From NCBI GenBank assembly GCA_964007735.1, contig CAXGAI010000027.1, positions 1-58,519 of the forward strand: a DNA stretch of 58,519 nucleotides, read 5' to 3'. The notes under the pieces are model-generated. The model did no database searches. It was not told the DNA's origin and saw only the letters and a program-made list of their open reading frames with translations. Each line of letters starts with the position of its first letter. The stretch's first letter is position 1. Shown in pieces: positions 18,847 through 30,176 of this stretch. The stretch comes from an uncultured Rhodopirellula sp. (GTDB lineage: Bacteria; Planctomycetota; Planctomycetia; Pirellulales; Pirellulaceae). The position numbers and the translations under genes were made by a program.

Positions 18847-21800
18847 ATGCAACCATATAGAGTGATGCAACGACCACTTTTCATAGTATGCCTTTCTTGC
18901 ATGCTGAGCTTTTTTTTATCTGCCGAGAATGCCATTGCTCAAAATAATCGTCAGGAGATTCTTGATGAGTTGGCAGAAGAATACCTACCTGGCTGGATTG
19001 GGCGTTATGCCGATCAGGCAGGGAATTCGCTCACGCGCATTGATCATTCTCTGTCATTCGACTGGCGAGACCAGACCGCTGACGCTCGTTTAGAAACAAC
19101 GCAATTTGAAGCACATTGGACAGGCCTGATCTTTTTACAATCTGTGGGTCAGTATACTCTGTTTGTCGAATCAGACGGAGAAATTGAATTGGACTTTGCC
19201 GGTCGAAAACTATCAGAGAAATCCGGTCCTCAGGGGCTATTAACGACGGGGCCAGTAGAATTGGAATTTGGCTGGCACCCAATCAAGCTGTCATATAAAT
19301 CGCCCGTCAACGGTGGCAGGCTAAAGCTTTTTTGGCAGGGGCCGTCTTTCAAGTTAGAGCCGGTTGGAAATCAATTTCTATTTCATCCAACAGAGAACAC
19401 CGTTAAAGACCATTTTGGGCGCGGTGAAGAATTAGCTCATGCTTTACGGTGTGCGCGTTGCCATGAGTCCCCAGTCACTCAGGATTCCCTGGGCTTGGCG
19501 CCTTCACTGACGCATTTTAGAGACTTTATAAAGCCGGCATGGCTGGTTGAACGACTGAAGCAGAAGACACTTCCTCAAATGGCGGAAACGGGTGAGACTC
19601 TCATTCATCGGATGCCTGCTTTTGGATTCAGCGATCAACAGGCGAAGTCCATCGCGGCCTATCTTTTTCAAAATTCCACTAATCCAAAGCCGGTAGGTGA
19701 ATTGCTGGGAGAAGGTGATGTCCAGGCAGGGAAATCGGTATTTTCATCGGTGGGATGTGTAGCTTGCCATCAGGCAGATACGCTGGGAAATTCGGAGTTA
19801 TTCGATGGGGGAAACCTCGATAAGATCACACTGAAACGCAAAGAGGATTTCTGGATTCGCTGGTTCAGGAATCCGGCAGAAGTAAATCCCCATCATCGTA
19901 TGCCTAAGGTGTCGCTGAGTGACCAGGAAGAACAAAATATTATTGCGTACTTAAAAAGCCTGCAGCCACTTCCAGCGACACTCGTATTGGAAGAATATGT
20001 ACTTAATGAGTCGTTTGCCGAACAAGGCAGGAAGATCTATCGTGAGTCAGGCTGTGCAAATTGCCACGAAAAGAAAGAGAACGAAGATAAAATCAAGTTG
20101 AACTTCAAGGATACGCTTGGGTGTTTGGATAGCCTTGCTACTCAAAATCAACGGCCGGCTTACTTTCTTTCCGAAGGGGATCGGAAATCTCTCGTCGACT
20201 TTTATACTCACGTAAAGTCATCTCATTCAGATACAACGCAAGCTCTACTAGTTCGCCAAAATAACTGCTTTCAATGTCATGCTCGCCATGAGCAGCCTGG
20301 AATTGTAGAGAGTCTGGACAGGATTGCTAAAGGCATCCCGGGATTGGAGCGTCTCAGGCCGGCGTTAACGCCTCCATCATTAAATGGCGTGGGTGATAAG
20401 TTGCATGATCAGGCATTAAAAGCAGCCATTGAACGGAAAGACGCAGGGAGAAGGCCGTGGCTTGAAGTGCGTATGCCTCAATTTGGATTCAGCGAGGAAA
20501 AACTGAAGGAATTGATAGGATGGTTTGTAGAGAAAGATAGAGTGGATGATTCTTATATCGCCCTCCATCATACTCCCGTCGAATCGAAGCCTAGTCAGGA
20601 CGAGTTGCACCAGGCCGGAAGCCGATTAGTTACAACCGATGGTTTCGGTTGCACTAGTTGTCATCAGGTGGGGAGCGTTATCCCTCCCAAAGCTCCCTTG
20701 AATGCCAAAGGGCCAGACTTAACATTGCTCAGTCGTCGTATTCGTAAAGTCTGGTTTAGTCGCTGGGTTAGTAATCCCGCGAGAATGGTGCCACGGATGG
20801 AAATGCCCTCTGTACAGTTGGCGGTCCGTGGTGTACTGGATAATCATTTGCCGCATCAATTGGATGCTGTCTGGGAAATATTGAATCAGGAAGGCTTTGA
20901 ACCACCCACCCCTGGTGCAGTGCGTATTGCTAGACAATCAGGCGCTCGTGGTGTTGATCAGGGTGCCAAGGTACTTACCGATGTTGTCTTCCATCATGGT
21001 GTGCAATACATAAAACCGGCTTTAATTGGCCTGCGAAATCGTCACAATCTCATGTGGGATATGGAGGCAGGAAGTTTTTTGGGATGGTGGCAGGGAGATA
21101 TAGCCCGCCAGCGAACGAAAGGTAAGGTTTGGTTTTGGGAGACAGCCGGTGAGAGTTGGAGTGGCTTAAGTCTAAAAGATGGTTTTAAGGGAGTTCCGGA
21201 TTTTCAGCTTATTGATGATGAGGGAAAGATCCTTTTTCCAGAACGGACCGGCCAATTCGCCACGAGTTTGGATAGTTGGGAGCAAAGGGAAGATTATCTA
21301 CGGCTGACTCAGAGATTCAAATTCGATCTACAGGGGAAAGTATACTGGGTTTCTGTAACGCAGGACTTGTATGAAATTTGGAAAGATGATCAACGAGATG
21401 GGCAGGCTGGTATTGAACGTGTAGTTCATGTAGAGAATGTCCCACTCGGATTTAAGCCCCTCCTTGGAATCGCCCCAAAGACGCTTGAGCTTCAAGAGTT
21501 AGATTCAGAGTTTAGATTGGTAGTTGCCGGACAAGAGGGTAGCCGTTGGGTTCAAATTCCTGCCAGACCCATTATTATTGATGATCAATACTATGGTTTG
21601 ATTGGCGACGAAAAGACGCTGAGAATTCAGTTTTTAAGCAATTTGGAAGTGGATCGTTTCCCCCCTCTGGATGCCAAAATTGCACCGCCGGAACCAACTC
21701 AACTTCATGTCATACCAGGCGTTGTCACCACTCGCCTTCCTTTCTTTGACGAATTTATGCCAACAGGGATTGATTGGGCCCCGGATGGAAGTCTTTGGAT

Positions 21801-23100
21801 CACTTCTCTCAAAGGCCGTGTTTGGAAAGCTGTCGATACCGATCAAGACGGACTGGAAGATCAACTTAGTATTGGCGTTCACGAACTTGCTGCACCTTAC
21901 GGTGTTCGTGCAGAGAAAGAGTATGTAGACGTTGTGAATAAATACGCGCTATTGAGAATGTTCGATCGTGACTCCGATGGGTATTTTGAGAAAGTCCAAA
22001 CGGTTGCAGCAGGCTGGGGGCATACCGCAGATTACCATGACTGGACAGTAGGACCGGTCTCTGATGGCAAGGGAGGATACTTTATCACGACCGCTTGCCA
22101 GCAGGACGATCGCAGTCAAGCGGCCGCCCATTTGCGGGGCCAGGTGCTACATTTGGTGCCCCGCAAACCTACTAAAACAAATCCCTATTTGTTTAAGGTA
22201 ATGACTTATACCAAAGGGCATCGTTTTCCTATGGGGTTGGCGCGAAATGTTGCGGGACATTTGTATGTGTCGGATAATCAAGGAAATTACAATCCGTATA
22301 ACGAGATCAATCATGTAGTCCAAGGTAAGCATTTTGGATTTATCAACAAGCTGGAACGAGTAGGTGATCAACGGCCTCCCCTGACACCGCCTGCCATTGA
22401 TCTTCCCCATCCATGGACGCGTAGCGTCAATGGAATTTGCTTTCTTGAAACGCCGTCGACAGCTAGAAATTCTGAGGGTCGAAATATTTTTGGGCGATTT
22501 GAAGGTCATCTGGTGGGCTGTGAATATGATACTCGCAGACTGATTCGTATGAGCTTTCAAAAAGTCGGTGATACGATGCAAGGAGCAGCCTATCCTTTAA
22601 CTTTAGATCAGCCCAAAGAGGGGGAGCCGTTGCTTGGGCCGCTGGCAGTTGCTGTATCACCAGCCGGGGAACTTTATGTTGCTTCTATTCGCGATAGTGG
22701 CTGGGGAGGTGCAAATAATATTGGCACACTGGCCAAAATGGACTTTGCATCAGCTGAATTGCCGGCAGGAATTGCTGAGGTAAGAGCTAATGCTAAAGGT
22801 TTTAAAATACTCTTCACAACCGTCGTGGATCTGCAACGAGCTTCAGAATTGGAAAACTACTCGGTACAGTCGGCAACTCGAGTTTCCACAACTTCATACG
22901 GTGGTGGAGATCGGGACAGACAAACTGATCGCATTACATCTGTTGTCGTGGCTGAAGACAGGATGTCCGTACAATTAAATCTAGAGGCGTTGCGAGAGGG
23001 ATTTGTATACGACGTTAAGATCCGTAATCTAACGGCAGAAGATAGCATCTTCTTCCCGGCTGAAGCTTACTATACTCTCAGAACAATTCCTGCTGAGTAG
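18847..23100 (+). CDS. PA14-domain pentaheme c-type cytochrome fused to a PVC-type dehydrogenase-like beta-propeller
   Basis: PA14-like (F.W...FEAHWTG...GQYTLFVESD); CARCH, CVACH, CANCH, CFQCH, CTSCH; propeller motifs DYHDW, GHRFPMG, DNQGNY. Start moved to ATG 18847, after the upstream stop. Confidence 0.8.
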   Translation: MQPYRVMQRPLFIVCLSCMLSFFLSAENAIAQNNRQEILDELAEEYLPGWIGRYADQAGNSLTRIDHSLSFDWRDQTADARLETTQFEAHWTGLIFLQSVGQYTLFVESDGEIELDFAGRKLSEKSGPQGLLTTGPVELEFGWHPIKLSYKSPVNGGRLKLFWQGPSFKLEPVGNQFLFHPTENTVKDHFGRGEELAHALRCARCHESPVTQDSLGLAPSLTHFRDFIKPAWLVERLKQKTLPQMAETGETLIHRMPAFGFSDQQAKSIAAYLFQNSTNPKPVGELLGEGDVQAGKSVFSSVGCVACHQADTLGNSELFDGGNLDKITLKRKEDFWIRWFRNPAEVNPHHRMPKVSLSDQEEQNIIAYLKSLQPLPATLVLEEYVLNESFAEQGRKIYRESGCANCHEKKENEDKIKLNFKDTLGCLDSLATQNQRPAYFLSEGDRKSLVDFYTHVKSSHSDTTQALLVRQNNCFQCHARHEQPGIVESLDRIAKGIPGLERLRPALTPPSLNGVGDKLHDQALKAAIERKDAGRRPWLEVRMPQFGFSEEKLKELIGWFVEKDRVDDSYIALHHTPVESKPSQDELHQAGSRLVTTDGFGCTSCHQVGSVIPPKAPLNAKGPDLTLLSRRIRKVWFSRWVSNPARMVPRMEMPSVQLAVRGVLDNHLPHQLDAVWEILNQEGFEPPTPGAVRIARQSGARGVDQGAKVLTDVVFHHGVQYIKPALIGLRNRHNLMWDMEAGSFLGWWQGDIARQRTKGKVWFWETAGESWSGLSLKDGFKGVPDFQLIDDEGKILFPERTGQFATSLDSWEQREDYLRLTQRFKFDLQGKVYWVSVTQDLYEIWKDDQRDGQAGIERVVHVENVPLGFKPLLGIAPKTLELQELDSEFRLVVAGQEGSRWVQIPARPIIIDDQYYGLIGDEKTLRIQFLSNLEVDRFPPLDAKIAPPEPTQLHVIPGVVTTRLPFFDEFMPTGIDWAPDGSLWITSLKGRVWKAVDTDQDGLEDQLSIGVHELAAPYGVRAEKEYVDVVNKYALLRMFDRDSDGYFEKVQTVAAGWGHTADYHDWTVGPVSDGKGGYFITTACQQDDRSQAAAHLRGQVLHLVPRKPTKTNPYLFKVMTYTKGHRFPMGLARNVAGHLYVSDNQGNYNPYNEINHVVQGKHFGFINKLERVGDQRPPLTPPAIDLPHPWTRSVNGICFLETPSTARNSEGRNIFGRFEGHLVGCEYDTRRLIRMSFQKVGDTMQGAAYPLTLDQPKEGEPLLGPLAVAVSPAGELYVASIRDSGWGGANNIGTLAKMDFASAELPAGIAEVRANAKGFKILFTTVVDLQRASELENYSVQSATRVSTTSYGGGDRDRQTDRITSVVVAEDRMSVQLNLEALREGFVYDVKIRNLTAEDSIFFPAEAYYTLRTIPAE

Positions 23101-23791
23101 CATCTGGCTTGATACAGTCCGGATCATCATGGATGATCCGATTGACCCGCGTAGAAACAGGGGTTATTTCGAAGTCGCTCATCTGATTCTTCTCTGCGGG
23201 TTCAATTAGCAATTGATGCAATGAGTCCAAGGCGTCGTTGGTTGGGTCGAGCCAACGATCGTAGTCTTCGGGACTTAAAATAACTGGCATACGGTGATGC
23301 CAATGACTTGTCATTTCGTTCGCATCGGTGGTGATGATCGTGACAGTCCACCACCTCCGTCCACCAGACTGTCTGTTGGGAGGTGACCAGACTTCCCAGA
23401 GTCCGGCGAAGGCGAAGGGACGATGTTCACGATGATGGATGTAGACAGGTTGTCTGGAAGGATTATCCGGTTTCCATTCGTAGTATCCGTCGGCAAGAAT
23501 TAAACAACGTTGTTTCTTGAAGGGTTCCCGAAACGAAGGCTTTTCACGAATGGTCTCACAACGAGCGTTGATCATCTTAGCGGCCCTTGAATTATCTTTA
23601 GCCCAGCGAGGGATAAGGCCCCAGTGCATACGGCCATAGTGCCGTTTCCCCTGATTCCAAAGTAATGTGGCAATACTGTGAGTTGGAGCGATGTTCCATT
23701 TGGGCGCCAGAGTGATATCAGCAGGGATATCAAACAGAAAATGCTCTCCTAGTGTGTCTAGTGAGGTCTGTAAGGTGAAGCGTCCACACAC
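23078..23791 (-). CDS. SOS response-associated peptidase (SRAP/YedK/HMCES family)
   Basis: MCGRF N-terminus, NIAPT, WGLIP.W, INARCET, GYYEW, HHRMPVIL. Confidence 0.95.
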   Translation of the reverse strand: MCGRFTLQTSLDTLGEHFLFDIPADITLAPKWNIAPTHSIATLLWNQGKRHYGRMHWGLIPRWAKDNSRAAKMINARCETIREKPSFREPFKKQRCLILADGYYEWKPDNPSRQPVYIHHREHRPFAFAGLWEVWSPPNRQSGGRRWWTVTIITTDANEMTSHWHHRMPVILSPEDYDRWLDPTNDALDSLHQLLIEPAEKNQMSDFEITPVSTRVNRIIHDDPDCIKPDATQQELF

Positions 23792-23801
23792 TGTATGAGC
23801 C

Positions 23802-24716
23802 TTAAGTGTTGAATTCGTTTACAAAATCCTGAAGTGTCTGCTGGAGTACATACTCAGGTTGCCAGCTTGTTTGTGACTGGATTTTCTGGATATCCGCTAT
23901 CGGTAGGAAATTTTCCCCAGGGTTAGATTCAGTGGCTTGCTTTGACGTCCCCAAAATAGCTTGTAAAGTATGCAGTATCTCACCGGATTGTACCGCTGTG
24001 CCACTTCCGACATTATAGATCTGACCTGTTGGGGCTTCCTGAGCCAGAATTCGATAAGCTCTGGCAACATCGCGGGCATCTGAGTAATCGATCCAGGTTT
24101 GAAGGTTATAAACCTCTAGTGGAGACGGTTCTCTTTGTAGTTTGTGAACCCATTCAGGAATTAATAATGAACCTCTTTGCCGTGGCCCTGTGTGTTGAAA
24201 GGCCCGGGCAATGATCAGTGGCAGTGTCTCACCGTACTTCAGCAGTGCATGCTCCGCCATTAGCTTGCTGATGCCATAACCATTGTCTGGACAAACTTCA
24301 CTTGCTTCGTTGACTCTGGTGATTCGGTCATACGAAGAGCCATAGACATAGACGCTACTGGTGAATATCAGTTTCGGAACGTGAGGAAGCAACAGGCAGC
24401 ATTCGGCAATATGGCGTGAACCTTGAACATTGACCAGGGTAGCTTCCTCAGACGGTTCTGTGGCACCGCAGCGAGAGCGAACGCTGATGGCAGCCAGATG
24501 GTAAATGACCTCCGGGTTGAATTCACGAATTTGCTGGACGATGCCAACGGAAGCGGGAGTGGTGATGTCCCAGACCCCCGTGTTCAACTGTTCCGAGAGT
24601 GCTAGTTGGCAGTTGTTAGTGCGTGTAAATGCCAAGACTGTATCATCTTCGTCCAATAAATGGTCGATGAGATGGCCAGCGACGAATCCGTTTGCACCTG
24701 TGACAACCGCACGCAC
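23802..24716 (-). CDS. NAD-dependent epimerase/dehydratase, probable GDP-4-keto-6-deoxy-D-mannose reductase (Rmd-like)
   Basis: TGANGFVA, YHLAA, YGISK, RAFQHTGPRQ, DARDVARAY; directly downstream of gmd. Confidence 0.7.
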   Translation of the reverse strand: MRAVVTGANGFVAGHLIDHLLDEDDTVLAFTRTNNCQLALSEQLNTGVWDITTPASVGIVQQIREFNPEVIYHLAAISVRSRCGATEPSEEATLVNVQGSRHIAECCLLLPHVPKLIFTSSVYVYGSSYDRITRVNEASEVCPDNGYGISKLMAEHALLKYGETLPLIIARAFQHTGPRQRGSLLIPEWVHKLQREPSPLEVYNLQTWIDYSDARDVARAYRILAQEAPTGQIYNVGSGTAVQSGEILHTLQAILGTSKQATESNPGENFLPIADIQKIQSQTSWQPEYVLQQTLQDFVNEFNT

Positions 24717-24734
24717 GACACTCTTCCTGCTACC

Positions 24735-25745
<1,011 letters not shown>

Positions 25746-25790
25746 CTAGGGGCAAGGTTGTAAACCGTGCCCGTAGGAGACGGAGGATAA

Positions 25791-28496
25791 TTATTCTTCG
25801 GACGGTTGGTCGGTGGAAGCATCCGGTTCTTCAGATGTTTCTGAAATTGGAGAGTCGTCAACAATTTGAGCTGCTGCTTCATCCTCTTCACTGATTTCTT
25901 CGGGAGGGATGCGAACCACGGCTGCAATTTGATCATCGTCAGTTTTCATGATTCGAACACCTTGTGTATTTCGGCCCACGACGCTAATTTCTTCGGCGCG
26001 AATACGTTGAATCTTACCTCCTTTAGTCATCATAAGAACTTCGTCCTCGTCATCGACTCGGATGATGTCGACCACTTTTCCATTGCGTTCAGTCGCTTTA
26101 ATGTCTCGCAGGCCTTTACCACCACGATTTTGAGTTCGATAGACTTTACTGGACGATTCCGTACCATCAACATCGTCACGATTGGGGCCAAATGGAGTTC
26201 GTTTACCATAGCCATTTTCGCACACTGTTAGCAGGTCGGCATTCGGATCAGCAACAACCATTCCAGCCAGCGAATCACCAGCCTGAATTTTAATTCCCTT
26301 AACACCGGAGGTGTTACGGCCCATTGGGCGAGCATCTTCCTGAGCGAAGCGAATTGCCATACCTTCCGCAGTGGAAAGTACTATTTCATCTCCGGGTTTG
26401 ACCACGGCAACGTCGACCAGTTCATCATCATCTTTTAGCTTGATAGCAATGATTCCGCCTTTTTTGGGGCGACTATAGGACGATAGGTCGGTCTTTTTGA
26501 CAAGGCCCTGACGAGTTGCCATTGCCAAGAAGTGATCATCGAGGTTGAAGTCACGGACAGGAATGCAATCCAGAATTTTTTCACCTTCATCAAGATTGAG
26601 CAGATTAATAACAGCTCGACCTTTGCTACCACGACCTAATTCAGGTATGCCATAGACTTTCTGCCAGTAGACTTTTCCTTTGGTGGTGAAGAAGAGCAGG
26701 TAGGCATGGGTACTGGCTACAAAGAGGTGCTGAATTGGATCTTCCTCTTCGACAGTGGCTCCTTTGAGTCCTTTACCGCCCCGGCGTTGTGCTTTATAAG
26801 TGCTCGAAGGAATACGCTTGATGTAGCCGCGGTGACTGATTGAAACCACCATGGTTTCTTCTGTAATCAAGTCATCCATATTGACATTACCAAGTTCCAG
26901 ATTGGAAATTTCAGTCCGCCTGTCATCACCATGCTTATCACGAATGGTGGTCAGGTCATTTTTAATAATGTCCAGAATGTTTTGACGATCACCCAGTATT
27001 TCCAGATAACCGGTGATTTCGACGAGCAGTTTCCCATGTTCATCTCCGAGCTTTTCCTGTTCCAGATTGACCAGTTGACTGAGTGTCATTCTGAGGATTG
27101 CATCAGCTTGAACAGCCGTTAAGTGGTAAACCTCAGCGGCTCCACGCTCTAGTTGGAATTGTTCGAAACCAGTATCACCCAAAGCTCGCTGCAGCATCGA
27201 GGCAGGACACTCGATTCCCATTAGTCTGGTTTTGGCATCGGCGTGGCTGCTTGAGTTGCGGACAATTTTGATGATTTCATCAATGTCTGCCAGCGCGATT
27301 AGCTGACCTTCAACTACGTGCTTTCTACGACGTGCTTTAGCCAACAGGAACTGAGTACGTCGACGAATGACTTCCACTCGGTGGCGAATATACTCTTCCA
27401 GCATCTCTTTTAGATTCAGAGTGCGAGGTTTCCCGTCTACCAAAGCTAACAGGATGATCGAAATTGTTTCCTGAAGGTTAGAATATTTGTACAAAAGATT
27501 GAGTACAACATCAGGGTTTTGATCACGTTTAATATCGATCACGATTCGAACGGGTTCTTTGAGATCCGACTCGTCGCGGATACCAGAAATCCCTTTGACG
27601 CGTCCGTCATTAACCAGTCCGGCAATCTTTTCAACAACGCGGTCTCGATTTTGGTGAAAAGGAATTTCTGAGATGATAATTCTCGAACGCCCACGATCGA
27701 GTTCTGAAATACTGGCTTTCGCGCGAACAATCACCGTACCGCGCCCAGTTAGGTAACCCTTGCGAATCCCACTGCGCCCACAAATGGTTCCCCCCGTTGG
27801 AAAATCAGGGCCCTGTACAATTTCTAATAAATCCATGATTGGAGTATCTGGATCATCGATTAGAGTAATCAGTGCATCGCAAACTTCTCGAAGGTTATGA
27901 GGGGGTATTGAGGTGGCCATGCCCACCGCGATACCACTTGTACCATTGACCAATAAGTTAGGGAATTTGGCCGGTAAGACAGTAGGTTCCGTGCGCGTTT
28001 CATCATAGGTGGGGGTGAAGTCGACGGTGTCGAGTTTGATGTCTTCCAGCATCAAGCTGGCGGCCGAGGACATGCGCGCTTCGGTATATCGCATTGCAGC
28101 AGCAGGCAGGCCGGCAATGGAACCAAAGTTACCCTGTTTATCCACTAAAACATGCCGCATGTTCCATTCCTGAGCCATACGAACCAGTGTGGGATAGATA
28201 ACTCCTTCACCGTGCGGGTGGTAATTACCAGAAGTGTCCCCGGCGATTTTTGCGCATTTTACGCGATGAGCTCCTGGTGAGAGGTTAAGATCGTTCATGG
28301 CGACCAGAATACGTCTCTGAGACGGTTTAAGCCCATCTCTTACATCAGGCAGCGCCCGAGAAACAATCACACTCATTGCATAGGTGAGATAGCTGTTTTT
28401 AAGCTCATCTTCGATTGGTAAATCGATCAGAGTTCCATCCTGGTAACCATCATCGCCCTGATTTTCGTCTTCAGGAGGGGTTTCATCGCTAGACAA
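25791..28496 (-). CDS. gyrA: DNA gyrase subunit A
   Basis: [24 protein letters not shown], GyrA-box QRRGGKG, beta-pinwheel repeats, acidic tail; TTG start with RBS AAAGGA. Confidence 0.97.
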   Translation of the reverse strand: MSSDETPPEDENQGDDGYQDGTLIDLPIEDELKNSYLTYAMSVIVSRALPDVRDGLKPSQRRILVAMNDLNLSPGAHRVKCAKIAGDTSGNYHPHGEGVIYPTLVRMAQEWNMRHVLVDKQGNFGSIAGLPAAAMRYTEARMSSAASLMLEDIKLDTVDFTPTYDETRTEPTVLPAKFPNLLVNGTSGIAVGMATSIPPHNLREVCDALITLIDDPDTPIMDLLEIVQGPDFPTGGTICGRSGIRKGYLTGRGTVIVRAKASISELDRGRSRIIISEIPFHQNRDRVVEKIAGLVNDGRVKGISGIRDESDLKEPVRIVIDIKRDQNPDVVLNLLYKYSNLQETISIILLALVDGKPRTLNLKEMLEEYIRHRVEVIRRRTQFLLAKARRRKHVVEGQLIALADIDEIIKIVRNSSSHADAKTRLMGIECPASMLQRALGDTGFEQFQLERGAAEVYHLTAVQADAILRMTLSQLVNLEQEKLGDEHGKLLVEITGYLEILGDRQNILDIIKNDLTTIRDKHGDDRRTEISNLELGNVNMDDLITEETMVVSISHRGYIKRIPSSTYKAQRRGGKGLKGATVEEEDPIQHLFVASTHAYLLFFTTKGKVYWQKVYGIPELGRGSKGRAVINLLNLDEGEKILDCIPVRDFNLDDHFLAMATRQGLVKKTDLSSYSRPKKGGIIAIKLKDDDELVDVAVVKPGDEIVLSTAEGMAIRFAQEDARPMGRNTSGVKGIKIQAGDSLAGMVVADPNADLLTVCENGYGKRTPFGPNRDDVDGTESSSKVYRTQNRGGKGLRDIKATERNGKVVDIIRVDDEDEVLMMTKGGKIQRIRAEEISVVGRNTQGVRIMKTDDDQIAAVVRIPPEEISEEDEAAAQIVDDSPISETSEEPDASTDQPSEE

Positions 28497-28863
28497 GTGT
28501 CTGTCCTTTCAGCGTCCTGTTTTAGATAAGAAAAACCCTGAAAAACAAGCCTCAAATGCTCACCCCCCAGACGGTTTTGAATATTAAGATTCTACCAAAT
28601 TTAGGGGGGGATAACAATCACCCGAGAGCGTTGAATCGAGAGTCCTAAGTCACTGATAAATAAGGGTTTAGGACTTGTTTTTTAAGAAGTTGATGGGCCC
28701 ATGAAAGAACCCTCGGGAATTGTTAGGAAATCAAGAAGATTACTACCCGTCGTTGGGCTACCGTTTAGGCTTGTCCTGCGTTTTCAAAGGACTTGAAATT
28801 AGCTGAGTCCAGAATAAGAAGACAGGGCCGCTGATTTGTTTTGACAGTACGCAAACCGATGGG

Positions 28864-28995
28864 TTAAACGTTGACACCAGGTTCCAACCAACGTTGCCAT
28901 TCTAAGTACATCAGAACGGTTGAGGTCGTCACTGCAAAGAAAGAAAGCACCAACAACATCGTGTATACATTAAGGCGAATTTTCTGTTTCAACAT
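28864..28995 (-). CDS. Small single-pass membrane protein, 43 aa (not in ORF track)
   Basis: Manual translation MLKQKIRLNVYTMLLVLSFFAVTTSTVLMYLEWQRWLEPGVNV: basic N-terminus plus one TM helix; starts 36 bp after the stop of 29032..29853 on the same strand. Confidence 0.7.
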   Translation of the reverse strand: MLKQKIRLNVYTMLLVLSFFAVTTSTVLMYLEWQRWLEPGVNV

Positions 28996-29031
28996 CGATT
29001 CAATCCAAGGGTTAATGGATCACTATGGCGG

Positions 29032-29853
29032 CTAGTTTAAGTTAGTGATGACGTTATCATCTTTACGAATTTGGCCCTTTTGGTATTCAGGGATGATTTC
29101 GCATACCGCTGAACTTGGTTGGGTCTCACGAATTTGAACGCGACCTAGATAAAGTGCTCCGCGATAGACATCGAGCCGATGCCCGATACGCAGTCCGTCG
29201 TCCTGACCTAATGAGATCTGTAGTAAATCCTTTTGAATAGCAATGACACGTCCGTCTAACGCTGGTGGCTTATCGAGGACATCAGTGAATTCATCGAGAC
29301 CATTACGCTGGACTACATTCGATAAGCGGCCAATTTGATTTCTTAGCTGGCTTTCACGCTCTTGAGCCTGAGTTTTCAAACTCTTTAGGTGATTTACTTC
29401 ATCGGTCAAAGTTAGGATTTGAGCGAAGAAGGTGTCTGTACGCTGTTGGGCGTCGTTAATGTCTACCCGTAAACCTTCAACTTCTGTAGTCAATTGTTTC
29501 TTGGTCGCTTCCGCAATTCTTAATGCATCAGACAGATCATTACTTCGAGCCTGAGTGGTTTTTACGATCTCTTCCTTGTCCGCTAAATCAGCAGCGACCG
29601 CTTCAACTTGAGTTTCCAAAGCTGCTAAAGCATAAGCTCGAGCGATACGTTCACGCTTTAAACTGTCTTCAACGGCCTTTTTTTCATTTTCCAAGGTCGT
29701 TCTCAAACTTTCGAGGTTCGTATTTCGATCTTCCACCGTCTTTGCAGCGGTCTGAAGGTCGACATGCGTTTGATAGACCGTGATAGAGAACCCCATGAAC
29801 AAGAAGCTCATGATGAAAATCAGTACGGTAAATATTTTTCCAATCAGTGTCAT
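29032..29853 (-). CDS. N-terminally anchored coiled-coil protein with C-terminal beta domain
   Basis: TM helix MTLIGKIFTVLIFIMS..., long heptad region, C-terminal ISLGQDDGLRIGHRLDVYR. Confidence 0.8.
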   Translation of the reverse strand: MTLIGKIFTVLIFIMSFLFMGFSITVYQTHVDLQTAAKTVEDRNTNLESLRTTLENEKKAVEDSLKRERIARAYALAALETQVEAVAADLADKEEIVKTTQARSNDLSDALRIAEATKKQLTTEVEGLRVDINDAQQRTDTFFAQILTLTDEVNHLKSLKTQAQERESQLRNQIGRLSNVVQRNGLDEFTDVLDKPPALDGRVIAIQKDLLQISLGQDDGLRIGHRLDVYRGALYLGRVQIRETQPSSAVCEIIPEYQKGQIRKDDNVITNLN

Positions 29854-30176
29854 GACACTAATGCTTTCCTAAACGAATAACCGTTGGTTAGTTCGGAACT
29901 AAGCTTGTCCGTCCTCACTCACTTATAAAAGTGGTAACGATGCTATATACACACTTAGCGCAAGCAATCTATCCAATCGCTCATTCTTAAAATTCGGACA
30001 AACCTACCCGTTGAAATCAATATAAGTCTCAGTTTTTACCAATGTCAATCAATTACTGTTAATCTGGGCAATTTGAAAGGTGATTAAAATGCGTATCTCA
30101 GGGTTCGAATTCAGTGAGGACAATTAATTATATGCAGAATCGTTTGTATAGCAGCTATGTTTCGAGAGGATTTAGG

